Shown: one piece after another, positions 26,762 to 35,679 of the stretch | Numbering within the stretch: position 1 is the first letter of the stretch | Layout: each line of letters begins with the position of its first letter | From: a virus | Lineage: Duplodnaviria > Caudoviricetes | Direction: 5' to 3' (one strand) | Length of the DNA stretch: 64,000 nucleotides | Virus record (IMG/VR): IMGVR_UViG_3300032307_000764 | Location: 32,001 to 96,000 of that record | Notes under the pieces: model-generated | Told to the model about the DNA's origin: nothing | What the model saw: the letters and a program-made list of their open reading frames with translations, nothing else | Database searches by the model: none | Position numbers and translations under genes: made by a program

Positions 26762-29700
26762 ATGGCAGGAGATAATAGCATAGAATCTAGAATAGACCAA
26801 TTACTTTCTAAGGATTTTAGTAAGGTTAGTACTAGTGAGATAATAAGTCTAATCACTGGAGGACAGGACATAAATCAGCCTTATGTTGATATGCAATCTG
26901 AATCTGGATTTGATTCTGAGCTTAATAAAAGCCAAGAGCAGGTCGATTCCATAATTAGTAGTCTAGAACCTGGACCTCCTCCTATACCAATTGAAAAAAT
27001 AGAAGAACTAGCCTGTAATTTTGAAGGTGATGAACTTTATAGTAGAATACTACTGGAAAGTGTTAGAATTAATGATTCTAAGCTTTACAGATCTCTGCTT
27101 AATTCTAGCGCATTAAAGCAAAGAAGTTTTAGTGCCGAAGATCTAGGTATCAAAACACAAATAAAGTCTCTTAAAACTAATAAAAAGCTCCCTTCTGAAG
27201 GTATAGTTAGCTTCCTAAAAGAGAATAATAATTCTTTATTAGAAAAAATTAATGAAAAGCTTTTTGATAATGTTGATCCTCTACTAGTAGGTAAACCTTC
27301 AAATTCTGGTTCAAAGAAGAAAAGAGAGATTAATATTCTAGGATTTAAAATACCTCTGGAATTTATCATGTCCGGTAAAAAGATTGTGCATGTTAAAATT
27401 GGAGGAGAGGAAAAAACTAATAAACAAGCTTTAGAAGATATTAATTCTATTCTAGCCAAACAAAATCAAGGAGCAAAACCTTGTGATTTCGACGGTGTAG
27501 ATGAAAATACAAATTCCGAGAGAATAGATGAATATGATTCAAATTTCTTTCCTGACGGTGATGATCCTATACTAGATCCTGATTGTGACACTGGTATTCC
27601 TGAGGATCCTATTACCGGAGATCCTATATCAACTAGAGAATCGTTCGAGGATATACAGGAAGATTTTTGTGATCCTCCCGCTTATGATTTTTCTGGACTA
27701 AATCCGGATGACCCTGATCCAGAGCCATCACCTGTTGATGTTGATTCTATACAAGCATGTATGGATTCAGCATTAGCGAAAACTAAAAAAATAGACGATG
27801 ATAGTAAACTTCTTGCAAGATGGCAGAATATCGAGAAGAGCTTAGATGAGATTTATTACCATTATGATGTAGTTTGGGAATACCAAAGAACTTTAGCAGA
27901 GACATGGAGAGCTAGAGTTCCTGTTTCTGATGGGGGAGATCCTAAAAATTTAGATCTAGCTATACAGATATTAACTTATAATGATCAGGAAGAGATAAAA
28001 TCAGGGGAGATAATATTACAGGAGGAGAAATTAAATAATGATAAGATATTATTTCTAGAAAACAATCCTTTGCTTACTGATAATATATTTACGTTCAGTG
28101 TTTTAGATGCGGAAAATTCAGAGAATCTTACTGATGCTGAACTTGGAGAAATTTTCTCTTTCCTTGCTGATGCTAATAAATCTCCCGTAGAATATGATAC
28201 TGAAAGTCAATCTTATCCTATCCAGAAAGGCGTGGATTCTTTTAGAGAAAATCTTGAATCAATAGTAGCTATATTAATACAAGATAATTTTATAGAATCC
28301 CTTAAAACCGAGAGAGATGAAATAAAAGCTTTAAAAGAGTCAACATTACAAACTTTAGTAGATAGAAAAGGTGCTCCTATAACAATTGCAGATCTTGAGG
28401 CTGGGTTTAAAATAACGAATGCGGAAATTAATGACCCCTATGGACAAGGATCAGAGCAGAAAGAAAAAAATGCTAAGGTTTTTGATAATGTTATTTTGCC
28501 AACTTATACCTATGATTCGTATGGGTATCAATTTCTACAGGATTTAAAAAAATTCTCAGTTAGATTCAAGGATACTAAATTTGATAAGGATATAGGAGAA
28601 CTCAAATTTACACTTGCTTTTATGAGCGATTTTGGTATGCCCATTCCTTATAAAAAAGTTAAAAAATCCGGAAAAATATCATTAAAGGAAACTGGTACCG
28701 ATACTTTGGAAGAAGTTAACGAACCAGATCAGGATAAAATAAAAATTGGTAACGAACACGCTTCTGGTGGATTACTAATCAATTTTACTCCTTATTATTT
28801 GCAGAGTTATCAATATTTAACTATCGATAATATTAAAACTGGTCAACCTGATGTTGCTGAATTCTATAATTACATTGATTCTGTTGTAAATACTAGTGAT
28901 TCGAAACAATCCATTATTAACAAAATAATAGAAGATCGTGGTATTTTGTACGGACAACTTATAGAAAAGTCATCGTCAAATTGGCTGTTCTTTACGGCAG
29001 AAGAAAGAGGTGATAACGATTCGAGGGATCCTTCAAAATTAAGACCTTCAAGTTTTAATGCTGAGGGTGAACCTACACCGGTATTTACTGAATTTTATGG
29101 AAATTTTAAGCCTAAATGGGATGCTAAGTATAAATTGAACAGAGAAACCTATATTGATCCTGCTCTCTCTAGTTTAAAAGAACAGGCTAGAAAAGCAGGT
29201 GAAGGACTAGGAAACACGTTACCAACTTCTGACCAGATAGGTGTTCGTATTTTTGAAAACTATTTTGACACTAAGAAAAAAATTGAACAGATAGAGGAGA
29301 TTATACTTTATGCTGCACAAAGGAGAACTGAGATAGAGGAATCATTAAAACCCGAAAATATAGAGAAATCGTTTTCTGATATTAAATGTTCTAGTGAACA
29401 AACTAGTCCCGATGATCCTGAAAATTGTCCTCCTGTTTGTTGTGGTGAGCCGGGATCTGATTTTAAAACAGATAATTATTTACTTTCTCTACCACCAAGT
29501 TCTGATTGTCCTACGATGTTCCAGAAATGCTGGTGGAAACAATTTTCAAAAGATTTAACCAAAGTTGGATTGTTGCCTTATCCTAATGGATTACCTCCTA
29601 TTGAAGATACCAAGTATTTTTTAACCCCCGGGCCTTCGGTTAGATTAGGATTAAAATATTGGCCGGTCGGATATCTTCCGCCATCTTTTATTCCTATCCC

Positions 29701-31861
29701 TATCGCTAATCCTATCGACGGTCAGCCTTTTATTAGGATACCTCTTCCCATGATATGGACTATAATAAACCCTATCGTAATACCTTTACCCTTAAATCTA
29801 GGTATACTTGTTATATTTATACCATTAATAGGTGGTTTTATGCCTACTCCTTTAGTTTATCTTAAAGAGTTTATAGGGGGTAATTCTTTATTTCTTACGG
29901 GGATAAGAGGTCCTAGATTTATACCTAGAAAATCCGACCCGGAATTGAAGGATCCGTTGGAAAAAATAAAGCAACTTTTGTCCTTTGGTGTTCCTGATAA
30001 ATTAATTCCCCTGCCTGGCTTTGGACTGGATAACTTGGATTCTCCTAATAGAATAATGGCGGATCTTCAATCTAACCTAACTAAAATATTTGATAGTGTT
30101 CCTGCTCCTGGTAATTTAGATCAGTTAAGGCAGTTACAAGATAAAGAATTAGAGATCAAGAAAAAGATAGACGACGAAACTAAGAATTATTTAAAGAAGG
30201 AAGCTTTACTTGATATACCTAAGCCTGATTTAGAGAAACAGAAAGAGGAACTAAAAAACTTAATTACCTCTAGAAAAAATGCTCTTAAGCAGGTTATAAT
30301 GGATTATATCGACAAAGGAATACCAGATCCTAAAGCTGTATATTTTCCCAAAGATAAAGACAAGCTTAAGATTGACATTTCTGGGATCGTAAAATCGTTA
30401 AGGATACTAAAGGAAATGAAAGCAAGTTTTGTTCCTATTAAATGTTCAGGAACTATAGATTTCAAAGATGAGATACGCGAGGTTCTTAAACTTTTAAAAA
30501 TCCCTACTCCCCCTCAGTATATCCTTGATAACTTTAATGTATCTAATGCTAATAAGATTTTCCTAAAATCTAACAAGGATCCAAGATTAATGACTGATGA
30601 GGAATTTAGGAATTTAGTTTTAGAAATAAGAGGAACCTCCTTAATAATAACTCAGATACTACTTAAAGGAAATAGATTCTCTGTTCTTAAAAAAATCAGG
30701 AAGGGAGCATTCTCAATAACTGAAGAATGTGAGCTCCAAGGAACATTTGCTTTCCCTGCAGTTAAGCTGACAAATTCTGCTCCTCTCCCTTTGAAATTCC
30801 TAAGAAAAGGCGATCCAGTATTAAATGCCATGTATCTTAGAATTATGGAAGGAATGGCTAAGATAGAATACACTAGAGAAGATTTTGCTAGATATGTTAG
30901 GTATTTTGGGGAATCACCTGAATTAGTAATCAGGGTTAAAGATTTAAAGAAACTGGTTTCTAAAAAAATAGGATTAAGTAAAAGAGGTCCTTTCGATCCA
31001 GTTAGACCGATAGATCTAGAGGAACCTTTGATATCTAACTATCCACATCCAGAAGGTCCTTTATGTTGCCTAGAATCTTTAAATGGAGGGTTTGGTAATG
31101 CTATAGCAGCATTTGAGCTTCCTACTGTATTTCCAGTAAAACAGGATCAAATAACACAAACTCCAGGAGCTGGTGGTATAATACAGGTTACTATACCTGG
31201 ATCTAAAATAAAGGATTTTATAAAAACTTCAGTAGGAAAGCTTTTGGATTCAGGAGCTTTAGAAAGTTTATTACCAGAAATAGGAGATGTGGATTCTCCT
31301 AAATTTACTAATCTTGATCCGAATGATATACAGAAAATAGCAAGAAATTTAGTTAGAGATGTACTTAATCCTGAATCACCTAATATTCCGGAATTCTTGA
31401 ACATAACTAAAATACCGGTTCTTCCACCTGCTAGACCCACTGATTTAATAGAACAAGCACTAATTGGTATGGGAGCACCTCCTCCAGCAAGAATAGTTTA
31501 TAGCCTATTCTGGAAATATTTTAAAAGCACTCCGAAAACACCTTTAAGTGATAAAATAACATTGCCTACAATAGAGATATCTTCGAATATCCTAAGTAAA
31601 ATACCTTGGCCGTTGACGGTTTTAATTGGAAGAAATCTATTAAATATCATCAACCCTATAGCTATGTCAGATGACCATCCGGTATGGAGAAGAATGAGCC
31701 TTAAGAATCCTTATTATGTTGTTTACTTAGATGAGTTCTTAAGAAGTGCTTCTGATGTTTCTGGACTGTATAAATTTTTCCTCGGTGCTGCTGATCCAAC
31801 GTATCCTATACCTGAATTACCTTCGGAGCTAAAAAAGGCATTTAATGTGAAAAAATATTAA
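26762..31861 (+). CDS. Very large hypothetical protein (1699 aa), probably virion-associated
   Basis: Uninterrupted ORF starting 2 nt after the spike gene; acidic Cys-containing N-terminal half, Pro-rich hydrophobic segment, basic C-terminal half. Confidence 0.8.
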   Translation: MAGDNSIESRIDQLLSKDFSKVSTSEIISLITGGQDINQPYVDMQSESGFDSELNKSQEQVDSIISSLEPGPPPIPIEKIEELACNFEGDELYSRILLESVRINDSKLYRSLLNSSALKQRSFSAEDLGIKTQIKSLKTNKKLPSEGIVSFLKENNNSLLEKINEKLFDNVDPLLVGKPSNSGSKKKREINILGFKIPLEFIMSGKKIVHVKIGGEEKTNKQALEDINSILAKQNQGAKPCDFDGVDENTNSERIDEYDSNFFPDGDDPILDPDCDTGIPEDPITGDPISTRESFEDIQEDFCDPPAYDFSGLNPDDPDPEPSPVDVDSIQACMDSALAKTKKIDDDSKLLARWQNIEKSLDEIYYHYDVVWEYQRTLAETWRARVPVSDGGDPKNLDLAIQILTYNDQEEIKSGEIILQEEKLNNDKILFLENNPLLTDNIFTFSVLDAENSENLTDAELGEIFSFLADANKSPVEYDTESQSYPIQKGVDSFRENLESIVAILIQDNFIESLKTERDEIKALKESTLQTLVDRKGAPITIADLEAGFKITNAEINDPYGQGSEQKEKNAKVFDNVILPTYTYDSYGYQFLQDLKKFSVRFKDTKFDKDIGELKFTLAFMSDFGMPIPYKKVKKSGKISLKETGTDTLEEVNEPDQDKIKIGNEHASGGLLINFTPYYLQSYQYLTIDNIKTGQPDVAEFYNYIDSVVNTSDSKQSIINKIIEDRGILYGQLIEKSSSNWLFFTAEERGDNDSRDPSKLRPSSFNAEGEPTPVFTEFYGNFKPKWDAKYKLNRETYIDPALSSLKEQARKAGEGLGNTLPTSDQIGVRIFENYFDTKKKIEQIEEIILYAAQRRTEIEESLKPENIEKSFSDIKCSSEQTSPDDPENCPPVCCGEPGSDFKTDNYLLSLPPSSDCPTMFQKCWWKQFSKDLTKVGLLPYPNGLPPIEDTKYFLTPGPSVRLGLKYWPVGYLPPSFIPIPIANPIDGQPFIRIPLPMIWTIINPIVIPLPLNLGILVIFIPLIGGFMPTPLVYLKEFIGGNSLFLTGIRGPRFIPRKSDPELKDPLEKIKQLLSFGVPDKLIPLPGFGLDNLDSPNRIMADLQSNLTKIFDSVPAPGNLDQLRQLQDKELEIKKKIDDETKNYLKKEALLDIPKPDLEKQKEELKNLITSRKNALKQVIMDYIDKGIPDPKAVYFPKDKDKLKIDISGIVKSLRILKEMKASFVPIKCSGTIDFKDEIREVLKLLKIPTPPQYILDNFNVSNANKIFLKSNKDPRLMTDEEFRNLVLEIRGTSLIITQILLKGNRFSVLKKIRKGAFSITEECELQGTFAFPAVKLTNSAPLPLKFLRKGDPVLNAMYLRIMEGMAKIEYTREDFARYVRYFGESPELVIRVKDLKKLVSKKIGLSKRGPFDPVRPIDLEEPLISNYPHPEGPLCCLESLNGGFGNAIAAFELPTVFPVKQDQITQTPGAGGIIQVTIPGSKIKDFIKTSVGKLLDSGALESLLPEIGDVDSPKFTNLDPNDIQKIARNLVRDVLNPESPNIPEFLNITKIPVLPPARPTDLIEQALIGMGAPPPARIVYSLFWKYFKSTPKTPLSDKITLPTIEISSNILSKIPWPLTVLIGRNLLNIINPIAMSDDHPVWRRMSLKNPYYVVYLDEFLRSASDVSGLYKFFLGAADPTYPIPELPSELKKAFNVKKY

Positions 31862-31894
31862 TTTCTTGGAAATTTTAATACATACCAATACTAC

Positions 31895-31902
31895 AATAAA
31901 TA
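31895..31902 (+). promoter_or_regulatory. Putative late promoter variant AATAAATA upstream of the S1 gene
   Basis: One mismatch from the T4 late promoter TATAAATA; 14 nt before the ATG at 31917. Confidence 0.3.
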
Positions 31903-31916
31903 CAAACCCTAATAGA

Positions 31917-33029
31917 ATGAAAAATAAAAACTATAGCTGCTTCGAATATACTGCAGAAGAAAGAGAAAAGCTGGAATCGCTTTATAGCAAATCTTTTCCT
32001 GAACAAACTGTAAATTTTTCTGGAAAGGATTTACAGCAAAACAGTTCTGAAAGAATTCTAATCACTGATTTTGATCAGAGTAAAGGAGTTGCTTTAGGTG
32101 AAACCCCTTTTGGACAAACCATTATCATAGATACTAAGAAGGAAGAAAAGCACATGAGAAAGCTTGGATATCCTGCAATAGAAATAACACCAGGACAAGT
32201 TCTTGATGTTGTTATACACAGAGATCTTTCGGGATCTTTCAACGGTTCAGTTTCTGCTGGATACGAAAAAGCGCTTAAAGCTGAATTGCACAGATCTATT
32301 AAAGACGAGGATTGTGCATTTAAAGTTAGAGTTAAGAATGTTTGTAACGGAGGATTCATGGTGGATCTTTCGGGAATCGAATGTTTCTTACCTGGAAGTT
32401 TAGCAGCGGCTAATAGAATTATGAATTTCGCAGACTATGTTGGCAAACAATTAACAGTCATGGTTGAGATTTATGATCAGAAAAGAGATATCTTCGTTGT
32501 TTCATTCAAAAAATATTTGAAGAAAATTATTGATGGAGAAGCTAGAGGACTTTCTTTCTCTAATAAATATCAAGGAAATGTTACAGGAGCTTCCGGTAAT
32601 GGAGTTTTTGTTGAATGGGATGAGATCTTCACTGGTATAATTCCTATCGATGATTCTAATAGAGAAAAATTATTAGATTTAAAAACAGGTGATTCTGTTG
32701 AATTCTATGTAACAGACATTAAAAATCCGCAAAGAATAGTACTTTCTTTACTTGAACCAAATGAAAAACTCCGAACAATTCAGAAATTAAAAGATTCTTC
32801 TGCTGAAGCTTTAGGGGAAAATACTGAATTGCAAATATATAAAGGAGAGGTTACCAAGTTAAAGACATTCGGTGTATTCGTTAAACTTGAAAATGGTTTA
32901 TCAGGATTGATCGAAAAAGAGAAATTGGTTAACCCTATTAAAGATTATGAGGTTGGTCAATTGGTTAATTGCTCGATCTCGAGTGTGGATTTATCCTCAC
33001 TTAAAATACAATTAATAGAGCAAGAATAA
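31917..33029 (+). CDS. rpsA: Ribosomal protein S1 homologue (about 4 S1 domains; start revised to ATG 31917)
   Basis: GGFMVDLSGIECFLPGS and VEIYDQKRDIFVVSFKK match RpsA domain 2; GNVTGASGNGVFVEW and GEVTKLKTFGVFVKLENGLSGLI are further S1 domains. Confidence 0.85.
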   Translation: MKNKNYSCFEYTAEEREKLESLYSKSFPEQTVNFSGKDLQQNSSERILITDFDQSKGVALGETPFGQTIIIDTKKEEKHMRKLGYPAIEITPGQVLDVVIHRDLSGSFNGSVSAGYEKALKAELHRSIKDEDCAFKVRVKNVCNGGFMVDLSGIECFLPGSLAAANRIMNFADYVGKQLTVMVEIYDQKRDIFVVSFKKYLKKIIDGEARGLSFSNKYQGNVTGASGNGVFVEWDEIFTGIIPIDDSNREKLLDLKTGDSVEFYVTDIKNPQRIVLSLLEPNEKLRTIQKLKDSSAEALGENTELQIYKGEVTKLKTFGVFVKLENGLSGLIEKEKLVNPIKDYEVGQLVNCSISSVDLSSLKIQLIEQE

Positions 33030-33030
33030 A

Positions 33031-34473
33031 TTGGCTAATTTACTTTCTAATGATTTTTTCTACTCAGCAAAATTAGGGTTTGAATTTGAGTTCTATAGCA
33101 ACTTAAATAGAACAGAGATAGCGGACGGATTAGGGAAAGAACTAGGAAAGAAAATACTTCTTTTTAACAAATATCATTCTAATTTTAAGCCTACTAAGGA
33201 TATCTTTAAATTAGAACCAGATTACTCAGGAGGATCCAAGATGGTCGAAATGATCACGGGTCCTCTTCCTTATTTTGAGGCAATTGCTATTTTAATTAAA
33301 ACCTTAAGATGGATAGATCTAAACGGATATACTGATAAAAAATGTGCTTTCCAGTTTGGTGTTAGTATAGACACTTCAATCTTTCCTGATGTACCTCCGG
33401 TTACCCAACTTAATATACTCAAGTTTATTCTAGGTTTTGATGAGAATGTTATCTATAAAAGATTCCCAGATAGAACTAATTCTCTTTATGCTAAATCAAT
33501 AAAAAGAATTCTTCCATCTAATAAGTTTGTAGACCCATCGAATATTTCTTTTATTGATAAGAATTTATTTGAAGTACCATTAGAAAAAAATATGGGCATA
33601 AACTTTTTAAAATTACCTGAGGGTTATTTTGAAGTTAGATATCTAGGAGGTGCTGATTACCAAAAAAGATATAGTGCAATTAAGGAAGTTATAGATTACA
33701 TAATTACCTATGCAGTACAAACATTAAAAACAAATGACGGATTTTCTGATAACGATCTAAAAATCTTAAAGATGTTCTTAGGCGAGATTTACAAAAACTC
33801 GTCAACCTTTATTACCCCGGAAGCTTTCCAGAAAAACTATCCTCATATGAATATTATGATTGATATGAGATCAGATACACAGATTCTTAGGTCTTTCTTC
33901 TTAAACATTAGGGAAGTTCTTTACGATTTAATAGTTGAGAATAATATCAAAGAGGGATTAGTTAATTATGATAGTAATCTAGGTAAATTTCAGTTAAAAG
34001 AAGTTAAAACTTCAAGAGCATATCTTTTGAAAGACTACGATATTCTTGAAAGTGAATTGACCGGTAATATTTTTAATTGCAGATTGTTCAATTGTAAGAT
34101 CAACGACAGTACATTAGAAGAATGTGATTTACTTACGAATAACGAAGTTTATAGATCGAAGATAATGTATTCTGATGTAATGTTCAGTAACGTTGTTCAC
34201 GACAGCTATATAGACAATAAAGACAAAGAAATAAACTGTGAAGTTTATGGAGGTATTATCAGATCTGGATTTATTGGTAAGTTAGCTACACTTTCTCCTG
34301 AAACTGAGGTTGTAAAAGATGCTGAAGATGATAAAAAAATGAAAGGAAGTTCTAAGAAATTGAAATTCCCTAACAGAAATGAATCAGATGCTTTAACTAG
34401 TCCTATTAAGTTTAGTAACAATAACAGTAAGCCATCAGGAATCCCTGGTATAAACTTCAAACCAAATAATTAA
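33031..34473 (+). CDS. Putative amidoligase (Amidoligase_2, COOH-NH2 ligase-like), divergent
   Basis: LGFEFEF, EPDYS, EMITGPL and FEVRY motifs; the usual CGxHxH segment reads CAFQFG; TTG start 1 nt after the S1 stop. Confidence 0.65.
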   Translation: MANLLSNDFFYSAKLGFEFEFYSNLNRTEIADGLGKELGKKILLFNKYHSNFKPTKDIFKLEPDYSGGSKMVEMITGPLPYFEAIAILIKTLRWIDLNGYTDKKCAFQFGVSIDTSIFPDVPPVTQLNILKFILGFDENVIYKRFPDRTNSLYAKSIKRILPSNKFVDPSNISFIDKNLFEVPLEKNMGINFLKLPEGYFEVRYLGGADYQKRYSAIKEVIDYIITYAVQTLKTNDGFSDNDLKILKMFLGEIYKNSSTFITPEAFQKNYPHMNIMIDMRSDTQILRSFFLNIREVLYDLIVENNIKEGLVNYDSNLGKFQLKEVKTSRAYLLKDYDILESELTGNIFNCRLFNCKINDSTLEECDLLTNNEVYRSKIMYSDVMFSNVVHDSYIDNKDKEINCEVYGGIIRSGFIGKLATLSPETEVVKDAEDDKKMKGSSKKLKFPNRNESDALTSPIKFSNNNSKPSGIPGINFKPNN

Positions 34474-34478
34474 CTGTA

Positions 34479-35258
34479 ATGACAGAAGCAGATTTAATTC
34501 AAGAGGTAAAAGATGAAATATCTCACTCTTGTTCGCTACCTTACAATCTTAACGACCAGGAGATAAAAAGGATCATTAAAAGAGCTAGAGCTTATTTTTA
34601 TGATAATTATCAATATGCGGTAGAGGATAGAATATTTGTTTTGGGTAAAGAATTATTTTCTGCACCTGCTTTTAGAGCTACAAGACAAATCCAACTACCC
34701 TCTTGTGTGGTATCTGTTTATGATGTTCGGGAAGTAAACGGATCGGGACTTATTGGTACACCAGATAAAGACTTCGGTGATTCTAAATTATTAGGATCGG
34801 AGCTTATGCTTTCACCATTCGTTGGCGATAACTTAGTTTATAGAACGGTTCTTTATTCATTCTTCGATTTAGCTAAAGCTTATTTATTAGAGAGTTTTGC
34901 ATTTAATTATAACAAAAACACTAAAAGATTAACAATTCTTGGTAGAGACCCAGCAAGAACTAATACTACTGATGCTGGAACTACACAGGTACTTTATACT
35001 GGTATAGACGTTGGTGTTAAAGCATGTATTGCTATTCCTGAAGAAAATCTATACGATGACGAATTATTTGTTAGATATTGCCTGGCAGAAGCTAAAATAA
35101 ACATAGGTAGATTATTAGGAACATTCGAATATAACCTTCCGGGGGGTGTTCGTGTAAACTATAATAATATACAAACTTTAGGAACTACAGAAAAGCAGGA
35201 GATCATCCAAATGATAAAAGACGAGAATACTCCTTCTTACTTCTTACAGTGGAACTAA
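34479..35258 (+). CDS. Neck (head-tail adaptor) protein, T4 gp13-like
   Basis: IKRARAYFYDNY and RYCLAEAKINIGRLLGTFEYNLPGGVRVN match the gp13-like C-terminal LPGG motif. Confidence 0.75.
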   Translation: MTEADLIQEVKDEISHSCSLPYNLNDQEIKRIIKRARAYFYDNYQYAVEDRIFVLGKELFSAPAFRATRQIQLPSCVVSVYDVREVNGSGLIGTPDKDFGDSKLLGSELMLSPFVGDNLVYRTVLYSFFDLAKAYLLESFAFNYNKNTKRLTILGRDPARTNTTDAGTTQVLYTGIDVGVKACIAIPEENLYDDELFVRYCLAEAKINIGRLLGTFEYNLPGGVRVNYNNIQTLGTTEKQEIIQMIKDENTPSYFLQWN

Positions 35259-35290
35259 TTTCTTGCTTTATTCTCTTTATTCTAACAAGG

Positions 35291-35298
35291 AATATATA
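35291..35298 (+). promoter_or_regulatory. Putative late promoter AATATATA
   Basis: In the only gap before the gp25-gp6-wedge operon, 8 nt before the ATG at 35307. Confidence 0.45.
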
Positions 35299-35306
35299 GA
35301 TCTAAG

Positions 35307-35678
35307 ATGGCAAGATTTTCAGAAATTTATCCCAGAAATCCGGACGATCCAAATTACAAAGTGGGTCTGCTTCACACCGATGACGATGTTGAGATCCTAA
35401 TTGGTATGATTAGACAATGTATGATGACTAGACCAGGTGAGGTTCTAGGAGATCCTTATTTTGGTATAGATCTGGAGGGATTACTTTTCGATTTTAACGT
35501 TGATCAAAACACATTAGAAAGGGCTATAAGATTACACTTACTTACATATGTTCCTCTTTCTTCCAGCAAATTTGATGTTGATTTTAAGATAGGATTTTTC
35601 AAGGGAGAAACAAGAGATGCTTGCGTAATTGATTTTGCGATTAGAGGTAATCCTATACTTGGTATTAAAATAATTTAA
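35307..35678 (+). CDS. Baseplate wedge protein gp25/GPW-like
   Basis: MMTRPGEVLGDPYFGIDLEGLLFD is the gp25 family motif. Confidence 0.85.
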   Translation: MARFSEIYPRNPDDPNYKVGLLHTDDDVEILIGMIRQCMMTRPGEVLGDPYFGIDLEGLLFDFNVDQNTLERAIRLHLLTYVPLSSSKFDVDFKIGFFKGETRDACVIDFAIRGNPILGIKII

Positions 35679-35679
35679 A

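Noticed and set aside
31866-31916. TTG start for the S1 gene given in the track
   Set aside because: The extra 17 codons are low-complexity and contain the promoter-like AATAAATA; the ATG at 31917 is the more plausible start.
35266-35283. Tandem ctttattct x2 upstream of the gp25-like gene
   Set aside because: Only two 9-bp AT-rich copies, not seen at other promoters.
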